Positions 1-11,852 of a stretch of DNA of 64,000 nucleotides are shown here, piece by piece. The stretch is from Hydrolagus affinis (Eukaryota): NCBI GenBank assembly GCA_012026655.1, contig JAAILG010001437.1, positions 1-64,000 of the forward strand. Reading direction: 5' to 3'. A model generated the notes under the pieces. That model saw only the letters and a list, made by a program, of their open reading frames with translations, did no database searches and was not told where the DNA came from. A program made the translations under genes and the position numbers. Each line of letters opens with the position of its first letter. The first letter of the stretch is position 1.

Positions 1-420
1 GGGGGTGGTGGGTGGGGATGACCACGATGCTAGGGGTAGTGGTGTATGTTGATGTGGGGTGGGCAGGGAGAGTGGTATGTGTACCTGGAGAGAGGGGCTT
101 AGTATGGTGTGTTTGGGAGGGGCAATCTGGATGTGTGTGTTGGTGGGGGGGGTTGAACGGTGTGTGACTGCAAGGGTATGGTGTGTGCATGTATGTGGGA
201 GGGGGGGAGGTGGGAGTGGCGTTTGCATTGGGGAGTGTTGTGTGTAGGGGGGAACCCTGCTGTGGGGGGGTGCGCATGAGGGAAGTGGTGTGTGTGTGGG
301 GTGGGGTGCGTATGTGTGTGTGGGGGGGGGTGTGTGTATGGATGGGTGGTGTGTATGGATGGGTAGTGTGAGTGTCAGAGTATATAAGGAGTAGGGTGAG
401 TGGTGGCGACTGGGAGTAGG
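1..420. repeat. G/T-rich low-complexity tract with G-runs
   Basis: Degenerate (GT)n/(GGT)n with many runs of 4 or more G; the overlapping ORFs are compositional artefacts. Confidence 0.85.
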
Positions 421-1356
421 GCTGACCTTGTGTGAGAGCAGGTGCTCACTGCCTGTCACTGACACTCCGCCGTGCTGACACACTTAGAAAGATAAATAAA
501 TAAACATTATCATTGGGGAGTATAGAGTCAAGTGTTTCCCACACCTCAGATTGATCTTAACGTGTGAGAAAATCATTAGTGTCAGTTCCAGCCTTCACAT
601 CACTTTGTGCGCTCCTCAGTGCCCACAGATGTGTGTTTCCATGTGTCTTTGTGATCTGTGCTGAATTCCAAGCGCCTTCCTCTGCACGACCGCACACTCA
701 GGGGTCACTAACCTTCCTGGCTCTGCCTGGACCTCAGACTCTCTCTTGTACCTGGCCTGACCCCTGACCCTTGGCGGGAGGGCAAGGCTACAGCTGCGGG
801 CAGGAAATGGGACCTGCTGATGTCGAGGCTCTCTTTACACTTGGCTTCCTCTCAGCGCCAGACTCATTACATTACCCTCGTTCCCCCCCTCCCCCCGCCC
901 CTGCCCCCACCGTCGCCGATCCCGGGGAACAAATTAAAGCCGTGTCGCTCGACAGCATTGAGCTGTCCTCAGACCCTTTCATCAGCGGCTGCTTCAAATA
1001 ACATCCGCCCTCCCCCCCTCCCACTGACTGACTGACCACTGCCATGGCTGAATCACATTGGACATGTTTTTCTTCATCAGTGAATCCACCTGAATCCCCC
1101 ATCCCACCCTCTGCACACTCACTATTGTACCTTCACACTCTGTGATCAGTCACAGAGTATACTGTAACGTGAATTGACTGTATATGTGTTGGCGAAACGC
1201 AGAAGGGCTCCATCACATACAAGGTGAATTTGGGGTTCTTAGCTTGAAGGTAGCAGACTGAGCTACTTGCACACAGAGGAGGCTCTCACTCTTGGCGAAT
1301 GAGCCCTTAGTGTACATTGTGAAGGTTTTGAGACATCCTGACAATATGATAAGTAA

Positions 1357-1722
1357 GGCTTGGCGCAGTGGTAGCCCTCTCGCTTTTGAGTTAAATTTCC
1401 CATGTCAAGACTTGAACTCACAAAGTCTAAGATGACACTCCAATGCAGGGCTGGGGATTTGTTGCTTTGTCGGATACTGTCGTTTAGTTGAGGCGTTAAA
1501 ATGAGATCCCGTTTGCCTATTCAGATGGACATTAAAGATCCCATGGCTCTATTTGAAAGTTTCTCCTGGTGTCCTGGCCAACAATCCTCCAAATAAAATC
1601 AGTTAATCATTTCACAACCGTTTGTGGGACTTTGCTTTGCTGATTTACAGTGAATCCCGTGAAGTGCTTTCGTGTGACCTTCTGACAGAATAAGGTGCTA
1701 TACCAAATACAAAGATTATTGT
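1357..1722 (+). mobile_element. tRNA-headed Deu-domain SINE (SacSINE1/AmnSINE1-like), near full length
   Basis: Head ggcttggcgcagtggtagc; core cgttaaaatgagatcccgtttgcctattcagatggacattaaagatcccatggc...ctcctggtgtcctggccaacaat; L2-like tail ending gattatt. Many copies in the window. Confidence 0.85.
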
Positions 1723-2789
1723 TAGTGATAAATGGTGTGAAGCTCGGGTGAAGTGCTGTAACAAGTGCAACGATTGACAACAGAGTCAACATTCTTTCAG
1801 GAGGTGAAAGACGAGCCACAAAATCATCATATCTGCTTCCCAGAGATTGCTGTGTTATCCCGTAATCATCGTGCGAATGAAGAGAACCGGAGCACGGGAG
1901 AGGGGGCAAGTCCTTCGCGAGTCTTATCAAGATAAATTGTTTTTTCTCCAAATCAATAAAGGAGGAAGGCAGCTGCTGCTGTCTCGTGTGATGATGATGT
2001 TTCAGTGGATCTGTGGTGAATCTGCGTCTCATGTTATCTCCCAGCCTGAACTTTAACATGTTGCAATACAGATGATATTATCCTTAACAAACACATGCCA
2101 AGAGAGGTGAAAGGTTGTGCCTAACCCCCCCCCACCCCACCCTCTCTTCCCAGGCAGTCATTTTATTGAGCGATGAAAATGGTGCTGGTTTAGATGTGAG
2201 TTGGGTTGCCCAGGAACCAAGCGTGAAGGTGCATTTTGTGTGTGGGTGGGAGTCGAGGGGGTGGGTGGGGGGGAAGGAGGGTTGGAAGTGAAATTCAGCC
2301 CTGTGTGCAGTGAGTTTTAGGGTCAGCACTCTGCAATTAGATAGGTCAGTTTACACACAGCGAGCCATTCATCTGAGGGGAACCATGGTAAATTGAAGTC
2401 AGAAAGTATATGGAATTGGAGCCGTTCAGCCCCAAAGAGATCAGGAAATTGAGTTTCAGAGCTCGGGTGAACTATCAACCAGGGCACAGTGCCAGCTGTC
2501 TGCTGAGGATGAGGAGGATTACCTGTGAGCTGTGTAACCCGGGCACAGACCCTGCTCACTAACAACATGCCCACTCGCTCAGCAAACTCCTGCTCACACA
2601 TCGCTTGACCCTCTCCCATGGCTGCTCGTGTCTCCCAAAGCTATCACTGTCAATCACTTTTGTCTTGTACTTCTGCTTGAACTTGCTAATTAGTCCCTGC
2701 GGAGAAATACAATTGAAGGAGTTACCTTGTCTCTGCCGTCACCCAATCAGCCTGTTATCCTATACCCTGAGGGTGTTCCAAGTTAGTGT

Positions 2790-3155
2790 TATAATAATCA
2801 TCATCATCACCTTGCGTTTGATATAGGGCCTTCCAAGACGACGTCTCATAGAGTTTCACAGGACTGAAAAGTGTAGTGACTATTTTGTTAGCAAATTTTG
2901 GCATCCAATTTGCGCACAACAATGTCCCACAATCAACAATGATCATTGTTATCTGGGATAGGATTGGTGGCTGGGACATCAAGAGAATTTCTCGTCTCTT
3001 TTTTACATAGTACTGTGGGATCTTTAAGGTCTACCCGAACAGGCAGATGGTATCTTGATTTCACAGCATCTCCGACAAAGCAGCGCATCCCAATATTGAA
3101 TTGATACTGATTTCCAAATCTTTCAACCCACAACCTTCTGACTTTGAGGCTATAA
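2790..3155 (-). mobile_element. Deu-domain SINE
   Basis: Reverse tail (ataataatc...ttgcgtttgatatag), reverse core (gggatctttaagg...gaacaggcagatgg) and reverse head (cccacaaccttctgact). Confidence 0.8.
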
Positions 3156-5038
3156 AATGTATTCCCATTTTATCCAGGCTGAGAAACTTTAAGGAGCAGT
3201 GGGCGTTGCATGTTAAAGGGGGAAGGTAATAATAATAATCTTTGCATTTGATATAGCGCTTTATTAGGTCGTCTAGATGTCTCAAACCTCACAGAATGTA
3301 CTATAAAGTGAATTGACTGTATGTTTTGTGGACGAAACGTAGCAGACAGTTGGACACAACAGTGTCCCACAAACATTCGTGGGATTCAGTGATCAAATTG
3401 CTAATTTTTAATACCTCAAGATATTGTAAACAGAATTTTGCACATGGAGGTTCATGAACGTGTGTAGAGTTTCAACTGCAATGTGTGAGGCAGGCTGACT
3501 GGCGAGCTGACTGCTGCATTTCACTCGATTATTCAGAGCAGAACCAGAGCCCTTAAATCTACCAGATTGATTTTGTAGCCTGTGGTGGAGGGTGGGACGG
3601 GGGAGAAATATCAGTGATCCTGTCCTCCTCACTGAGCACAGCTTCCACTTTGGTCAGATCAGCTGTGAGCAAGTGTAGGAACCACACAGCAGACGTGAGG
3701 TGTGAACAGATGGGTGAGTGGCCGTTCCAGGTCAGAGTCTGCCAGTTCCCTCAGCCGATCTCTAGCACGTGTAGCCAGTAACACACTTACATGCAGGGAC
3801 CGTGGAATGTGAGACAAGTGTCTCTCCCTCTCTCTCTTTTCTCCTTCACTCCTTTATGAAACAAATCTTCAGTCCCATGGTACACTCCCAGCAACGCTCG
3901 CTTTGAATATTCAATCATTCCCCTTGTGTGAAGCTGTTCAGTCAGGATTCTAAATAGGAAGAGAATAATCATTGCCAAAGGAATCCTTCCCCTCCCCACC
4001 CCCCTTCCCTCCCAGCCTCCCACTTTTCCTGCAAGTGTATTATTCTAAATCTGAGCAGTGTTTAGTTAGTACAGTACAAGGACCTGCTGGCTGTAATGAG
4101 AGGATAGAGGCAGATATTTTTTCTCTTGTTCGTGATGAATGATGAAAGAATTGGCTGGAAATTTTAGACATTGTCTTGCGTTGGTTTTGGGTGGTGGGCG
4201 GGGTGGGGGCAGTGCTGTTTCTCATCTCAAGGGAATTAGCAGAGTCGATAGTCGGTGCGGTGCAGAGGAAAGGAAAAGCAGGGAGAGGTTTCCAGCCCTT
4301 GTGATTTCAGCCATCAAAAGTGACTGACCAGAACCTCAGGGTATTCCCAAGACAGGAATCTGAAATTATGAAAAAATCAGAAGACATTGGGGGAATATAG
4401 GATGCAAAAGCAATTACTGAATAAATGGGAGAGTACGATGGCAGGGAGTCCACAGAGAGATGGCTTCACGGCCGAGTGTTTTCTCAATCCCTTTCCTGCA
4501 CAGAAGCAATTTGTACAGTTTGATTGGCAATCCATCCCCTCAGCCTGGGAGTCTCTACATAGAACGTGGCCATTGCCTGTACCATTTAGCCCCCCAACTC
4601 TCCCCCACCCCACCGCTTTCTAGATATCTTACATGTGTGGCTGATGGCAGAGGGAAAAGTACTGCAAACTCCAATACATTCAATCTGGATTTTAAACTTC
4701 CAACCTCCACACCCCATTAATCCTAAATTATTTCCGGAATTCCTGCACAGCTTCCCAGTGCTCCTCAATCTGTACAGCTTCCCTCAAGGGGAGCATCCAA
4801 CAAATTGTGCCTTAGACAGAGAAAACGGAGATATCATGTGATTAGACCAAGCCGAACATAAGAAATCATTCTCTTTGTTTTCCTCTTTTGCTGTCTTTCG
4901 TTGGCCTGTATCCTGTAGCATTATCGAAGACACCCAGTAGTTGTAGAAGGAGTGAGTAAGAGCATTTGCTTTTAGTAAAACATGTGAGCAGATGTGGAGT
5001 GGAGGTGAGTCCTTCCTGTAGGAAACCTACCCAACAGA

Positions 5039-5384
5039 GGAGTCCTGCAGCATAGTGGTTAGCACACTTGCCTTGCAAGCAAGATGACCCGGTTCGCGTT
5101 TCCTTGCTCCACATGCCTGTGTTTACCTAGGAGTAAGTGGAAACCCAGTTATTAGTTGATTAGTGGATTACTTTCTGGGGGGGCTAATAATCCCTTCTAA
5201 ATAAACAAATGATAATTTGATCATTCAATACACCACAGCTTGCAGACGCTACTGTGCACAATTAATTATCGCGTTTTGCCAACAAAAATATACTGTCATT
5301 TCACATTACAATATATTCTGTGAAGCACTTTGAGACAATAAAGATGTGATAAGGCGCTATATTCAAACACTAGTATGATTATTA
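5039..5384 (+). mobile_element. tRNA-Ala-like headed CORE-type SINE
   Basis: ggagtcctgcagcatagtggttagcacacttgccttgcaagc head, ccttgctccacatgcctgtgtttacctag central block, shared L2-like tail. Confidence 0.8.
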
Positions 5385-5611
5385 GAAGCAAACGGCTGTG
5401 GTGGTGGCGGAGGTGTTTTTGGCTTATAAAAAAGATCTTGGCTGGCATACGTGAGAAAACATGTGGATTAAACGTAAGCCGTTCCTATAGGAAACCAACC
5501 TTATAATATGGGAAATCCTTGCAGTTCTTGCAACAGTGAGAATCCCATTATAGGCATAGGCTACCAAAGGCAAAAACTTTATACCCAATGGAATTTCATC
5601 CCCAAGCAGAG

Positions 5612-5860
5612 AACAACAACAACAAAAAAACTACATTTATAGAGCGTTTTTCATGTCAGGAGGACGTCCCAAGGCGCTGAACAGTCAGGTCAGGACCCAA
5701 GCATGGGAGACGAGCTGAGACAAGATGTACCAAAAAGTAATTGGAAGACCAAGACTTTGGGTTTATATCAGATTGTGAGTAGTAAGAGGAGAAGACTGAG
5801 AAGCGGTTTGTAAGGAGTTGGTGTGTTCTTAACCTATTCACAACATCTGAGACCACCAAG
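5612..5860 (-). mobile_element. L2 LINE 3' end
   Basis: (AAC)n followed by reverse L2 terminus tttcatgtcaggaggacgtcccaaggcgctg. Confidence 0.75.
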
Positions 5861-6304
5861 CAGGAATTCTCTGCTGAGGAGCTCCAGAATGGATCTGTTT
5901 ATATACCTTGTTACAAGCAATCACAGTTGATGAACAAAGCCTATGATTAGGAATGAGAAACTGATTGCAGCTGTGCTGGAGCTGTACAACTTGGAGCTGG
6001 CTACACTTTGTCAGGTCTCCACCGTAATACAATCTAATACAATCAACAATTCACATGAGAGAGATCCCAATACTATGTCAACATACCCCTTCCCTCCGCC
6101 TTATTTTGTTGAAAAGAAAAAGGAAGGAATATTTTTCCCGGCATCCTGGCCAACAATCCCCCAGATAAAACGGTCCATTCACTTTATGGCTGTTTGTGGG
6201 ATGTTATTGTGTGCTGCGTTTACCCACGAAACACACACAGCCGCTGCACATTATAGTAAATTCTGGGAAACATAGTGAGGGGGAATATACCATTTACGCT
6301 TAAA

Positions 6305-6660
6305 TGCTTTATGCAGAGGGGTTAACATGTGGATCAGTTTTTCCAGAGAGGTGTTAAAAGCATTTAGTGTGAGGCATATTCAACAACAATAGCTTGTAAT
6401 TATATCGCGTCCTCCGCACAGGCAGCACCTCAAAATGGTAACGGCGGTGTGGCGAGATACAAGCCAGAAAGGAGGTGGGGTGAGCGAAGGCATGATCAAA
6501 AAGGAAAGTCTTCAGGTATGATTTGAAGATAGTCAAAGATGAAATGATGGGGCAATGGCAAGACTGATTGAGACAAGGACTTTCAAGGGGAATGTGGGAA
6601 ATGCGGATTTGACAATGGACATAGCCGGATGGACATGGCGGTCATGCTTCTAAATTGTTT
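6305..6660. mobile_element. Old CR1 3' fragment (+) interrupted by an L2 3' fragment (-, ~6382-6535)
   Basis: tttatgcagaggggttaacatgtgg CR1-like start and later CR1-like 3' UTR, split by an aacaacaatagcttgtaattatatcgcg reverse L2 tail. Confidence 0.5.
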
Positions 6661-6759
6661 TGGCCCATCAGTCTAGCTCAGTTGGTAACAACTATGAGTC
6701 AGAAGGTTGAGTATTCAAACCCTTTGTTAGCACTTTAACTCATAGTTTTGTTTCAGATA

Positions 6760-6950
6760 GAGCCATGGGATATTTAATGCCCACCTGAACAGGCAGGCAA
6801 GACCTTGGTTTAATGTCTCATCCAAAAGTCAGTACCTCCAACAATGCAACATCGCCGAACAATGTCACCTTAGACCACGTGTTTCCGAGTCCCGACGTGG
6901 GGACGTGAATCCCCAACCTTCAGGCTCAGGGGCAAGAGTGCTACATTGTG
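6760..6950 (-). mobile_element. Deu-domain SINE 5' half
   Basis: gccatgggatatttaatgcccacctgaacaggcaggcaagaccttggtttaatgtctcatcc is the reverse core. Confidence 0.8.
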
Positions 6951-6974
6951 CCAGGTACATACGCTACATACGCA

Positions 6975-7108
6975 CAAAGTCTAAGCTGATGCTCCAGTGC
7001 AGCGCTTGGAGGAGTATTGCATTGTCAGAGGTGTCATACTTTAGGTGAGATACTAAACTAAGGCATTGTCTGCCTGTTCATATGGGCATTAAAGATCCAC
7101 GGCAGTAT
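6975..7108 (+). mobile_element. Deu-domain SINE fragment
   Basis: gcattgtcagaggtgtc...tgtctgcctgttcatatgggcattaaagatcc. Confidence 0.75.
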
Positions 7109-8268
7109 GGTCCAGGAAATAGTGAGACATTGGCCTGTGTGGTGTTTCTGCACCAATCTTATTGCCAATAAGGAAAATAACCAATATCCGAGCTAATTAA
7201 GGTTACATTTGCAATATGGTTATTTGGCAGAGGGGAGGGGGAGGTGACAATATCTAGTTGTTGTGCTTGGCTGTGACCTGTGATTATAAAATAACCATAA
7301 ACAAGCACTGTTGTTGAGAGCTAGTCAGTGCACCATGCGGTACCAGTGACTGCTATGTCATCACGTACCATCATTATCAGACTAATGATCTGTAAATACT
7401 TCCATAGATGACTCTAACTCTTGCCCTGCCATCAGCACCCACTCGCTGGGGGTTCAGTCTTTCAGCCAGAGGCTCGGGTTGCTGTCTGGATGCCTGTTTT
7501 ACAATAACTAAACCTGGATAGGATTGGCTCTGGCTGGAGCCTGATGACCTCTGGAGCCTGTAATGAAGCCAGATTGGAGGCAGCTAACTATAGTTATTGG
7601 CTCTTCCATGTCTCTCTGAGGCTCCACCCCACAAGCCCAAAGCTTTGCTTTCCAAACCAAAACAAGGCGCTTGAATGGAGTTCGGCTTCACTGTTAGGAT
7701 TCCGTGACCGATATAAACAGATAAGAGCACCGCACTGTCAACCCTTAATCACTGAGAGATAAACTCCTAAATCAGAGAAAGATTAGCATTTGGCACGAGT
7801 AATCTGAGAGGGAGAGAGACTTGCAATGATAGGTTCAAGAGCAAAGACAAAACAGAACTGCCTAAGTGTTTGTTCTGTTCCCAGTCAGAATGAAGCGATA
7901 ACCTGTGCGTGCTTCAGATTTCCAATGGCCAATGTTTCTGTTTTGCTTTCTTTGTCGTCTGTTGCTTGATAGAGCTGATTGAAGAGATGAAATCAGAGTT
8001 GGCTCTGAAGCAGCAAGATGAGCTGTGAGGAATTGCAGACTAATTGCTTGTATTTGTTAACTCTGGGAGAGCAGCGTGCTCGCGGGAGAGCTGGCCGTCC
8101 CAACTGTGATTGCTTTCAACATACACAAACCCCTCTGACACCAATACCAAAGCTTTCTTCCCAGTGGCCGTTAATTGGCTTGTGAGCTGCATTCACAGCT
8201 GTTGTAAATTATCACCCATGATATGGTTTCGTTGGCTTTCCTTGGGGTGCCATATTGCTACTATAGGG

Positions 8269-8932
8269 AGAGTCCCATAGTGGAGTGGTTAGCCCACTCG
8301 ACTTGCAAGCGAGAGGGCCCAGGTTCACTTCCTGGGCAAGGCGAAACCTTAGGCAAATTACCTTACTCTACATGCCTCTGTTTACTTATCAGTAAGTAGG
8401 AACCTGGTTGTTAGTCGATTGGGGGATCGAGCTCTGGAGATGATAACCTTTTGGTTACTCAATCTACGATTGTTTGTGGAACACTGCTGTGCACAATCGG
8501 CTGTCACATTTTGTCTGTAAATACAACAGTCACTCCACTTTACAGTATATTCAATGAAGCACTTTAACACATCTCATCGACATGATAAGGTGCTATATCA
8601 AATGCAGCCAGAGGACCTAGTTTATATTTCTGGGTGGGATGAAACCTTAGGCAAGTTTCCTCACTCCACATGCCCCCGTTTACCTAGCAGTAGGTAGGAA
8701 CCCAGTTTTTATTTGTATGTTGGATCGCTTTCCTGGGGTAAAAAAGAAAAACAAATTGGTCACCCCATCCACGTTTGTGGAACACTCCTGTGCTCAATTG
8801 GCTGCCATATTTCTCCCATAAAATACACCGTGAATCTACAGTCCAATGTATTCTGTGAATCACTTTGAGAAGTCTCAATGATGTGAGATATATATAAGTC
8901 CCTATATCAAATGCAATGCTTATCATTGTTAT
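8269..8932 (+). mobile_element. Two tandem CORE-type tRNA SINEs (8269-8606 full length; ~8615-8932 5'-degraded)
   Basis: tRNA-like head with ctcgacttgcaagcgag arm and ggttcacttcc B box; CORE-like ccttaggcaagtttcctcactccacatgcc block present twice; both have the shared tail. Confidence 0.85.
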
Positions 8933-11852
8933 TTTGAATGCCTCCTGCCTCTGACTTTGGCACAGTCAGCTCAGGATGATCAGTCTGGACATGCTCTCGT
9001 GCTCTATGTGTTGGGAGAATCATGGCTCTCAAACATTCTTCACACACAGGAATGTCTTGGGCTGCTGGAACTGAGCATGTGCAGACAAGTTAACAGTGCC
9101 TTGATTTCATGCTTTCAATTTATTTTTAAAAAACAATCGTTTGGTTGATTTGTAATTTTCACACCACAGTGAGATATGGGTGTTAATTAACAGAACACTC
9201 AATCCGCCCCCTTGACCCAAAGCTCAGTGTCCTGCGTTCGTAGATCAGGTTACAGTAAACACTGCTTACTCTCCATCAAACTGCCTTAATCACACTGTAA
9301 TATGTGGAGTAATTATAAAAGAACTTCCGTATGCTGATGACTCACGGCACATTGTGACTTGGACCTTCAGCTGGTGATGGATAGATTCACAGCCTCAGGA
9401 AGCAGCTTCATGCTTACTATTACTGTAAATGCTAGGATTATTATTATTAGTCTGAAGTAATATATTGACCAGCTGTTGGGAAGCTAGGTATTAGGGTTAG
9501 ATCTTCGTCCACTATTGGCAAAACGAAACTGAATTTGGTTAAAGAGTTCACCTATAATAATAATAATAATACTCGATTTGATATAGCGCCTTGTCATGTT
9601 GTGGAGATGTCTCAAAGCGCTTTGGGGCAATGGCGGGTAGGAATGAAGAGCCTTGAGGAACGAAAAGCCTTGAGTTAGTGTGGTGGGTGGAGGGAAGTGG
9701 CAAGAATCGGGAGGATTGGCAACATCAGAGGAATCAACAGAAGCCATCCCCACTCCCACCGTGCCCTCCCTAGGAATGTGGTTATGTGTTGCCTGTAGTA
9801 GACAAGGTCTGTCATATATTGTCACCACGAGCCATCTACCACAAACTTGTCCTCCCTTCATTTGCTGGCACTGTCATCTTTGAGTACGAGGGACCCACAC
9901 GACTATCCTATGTGGTGTCAAGAGGCAGGTGTTTTTGTTTTTCGAGTCAGTTGTAGTTAGAGAAAGTGGCACACAAGTCCAGTAATCCCCACCCCTCATC
10001 AATCACCGCCACCCTGTTTAAACGACCTTGCATCCTGGTTATGTCAGAGAAGTAATGCAACCCTCAGAGGAGCATCTCCAAACACGCTGGTGGGGCGATG
10101 CATTTCCACATGCTAGTGTTTGCCGAATACTCCTGCTGGTGTCCTCACCAGATGGCGGATTATTAGCGACTATTTTTGCTGGAACAGTAAAGGTCGAGGC
10201 AAGATTCTAATGTTGGCTTCAAAGTTTCTGTATGGCTAGAAAAACGAGACTGATTGATAAGGAGCAAGTCAGTAACCCTTGAAAACATTCAGATTAGAAG
10301 GGATTGTTTTATGCAGAGGTTGTTATATAGCGTTAATACTCAATTGGATAAATAGTAGAAAAAATTATAAAAGCAGTGTCTGACACCAGTCGTGAATTGA
10401 GTGACTAAATAAATAATAAAATTTCTTCCCAGGAATCGTACCTGGGTCCTCCCACTCCCGAAGCGAGTACTCTAACTGCTACTCAACAGGACTCATCTAG
10501 TTCTGTAATGCTGAATGATTTAAACCACAGATCAATATAGAGTTAATGGATGGGAGCTTTGCAACTATGTGCTGCAGTTTTGATACATAAAAATTTGCAA
10601 AGCTCTCCCAACTAATAATTTTGTTCATTGAAGTCATTTACAATTGCCAATACAAGACATTAACATCATTAATCCACCGAAACAGGCTCACAACAAATTA
10701 AAAGTCGTGCCGTTAAAAAGTTTTCAATTCACGTCCATTTCTTGAACAGAGAAATATTGTTTTACTGTGTTGCATTTCTGTCCTGTTTGTTTGCCTGGTT
10801 ACCCTGAAGGCTTCCCAGTATGAATGACAGGGAGGGAATGGCAAGGGCAGGTTTGCACAAGCGGGTATTGGAACTCTAACTTGGAACTAATTAGAAGCTG
10901 AATAGACACTACTCCAATTACATTCTTTTCTGTGTAAGTGGAAAATATTTTGCAGGCTGTATATTTTAGGAAGGCCGACTTAACAACAAGAACAACAACT
11001 TGTATTTACACAGTGCCTTGGGACGCCCTCCTGTTGTGAAAGGCACTGTACAAATAGCACTGAAGCAAGGCACCTGTCACAAAAACACAGATGAATAAAA
11101 TCCCTTTGGCCACTTCCTCTGAAAAAAAAAAACATTTTTGCTCGAGTGTTTAATAAAGGAGTCCAGTTTCTTGGCCTTCGCTGGTAATTGACGTCAGCCG
11201 TTTTAAGTGAGAGAGAGATCTGTTGCTATCTACTCACAATCCTGAACCTGTGTCCAACTTCCCTGTGATGGTTAAACAGGCAATAGATTGGTTGTGGGAG
11301 TGAGGAGACTCATGTGGAATATAAACAGGAACATACTCTGGTTAGACTGAGCGGCCAGTTTCTATGTTGTAATAATCTATACAATTTTATGTCAATCCAA
11401 TTCAAGGGAAAGAGTTGAAGTGAACAAGGTACGTGAAGCTTCCTGGTGGAATTCATTGATGCTCTTGATTGATGCCCAATGGGGATGTAAGGCCAGAGAT
11501 CTCTGCCTCATGCATTGATCCACCAAAGTTAATGTTGCTGGACTGACTCTTGCTCGCTTGGTCTTTCTAGCACGACAGATAACAAGCATTTCCCACCAAG
11601 TAACCAGTTGAGTCTCTCCTGCTGGCAGTGACCATTCTTCTATTGTGCAGGAAGTAGTGTCACCAACACAGAGAACCAGGCAGTTGGGTAGGTTTACTCA
11701 TCTGGGTCTGTGATAACATTATGATCTTTCAGTTATTCCTGTAATTAAAACATATAACACTGTATGTAAAATAAATGCCAAATCTGGAAATTGTCCTTGG
11801 AATAGCAATTGATAATAATCCTTGCTTTTGATGAAGTGCCATTTTCCCGCTG

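Noticed and set aside
1137-1158. 9-bp hairpin ACTCTGTGA-tcag-TCACAGAGT
   Set aside because: Sits at the broken end of a SINE tail fragment; likely a junction artefact or chance.
1988-2050. Possible C/D box snoRNA (GTGATGA...CTGA)
   Set aside because: No terminal stem and no recognisable rRNA/snRNA guide; the C box lies within a (TGA)n repeat.
8269-8340. tRNA-Ala(TGC)-like sequence with A/B boxes (also 5039, 32808, 44916)
   Set aside because: No 3' acceptor-stem strand; it runs directly into a SINE body and recurs with many substitutions, so it is a SINE head.
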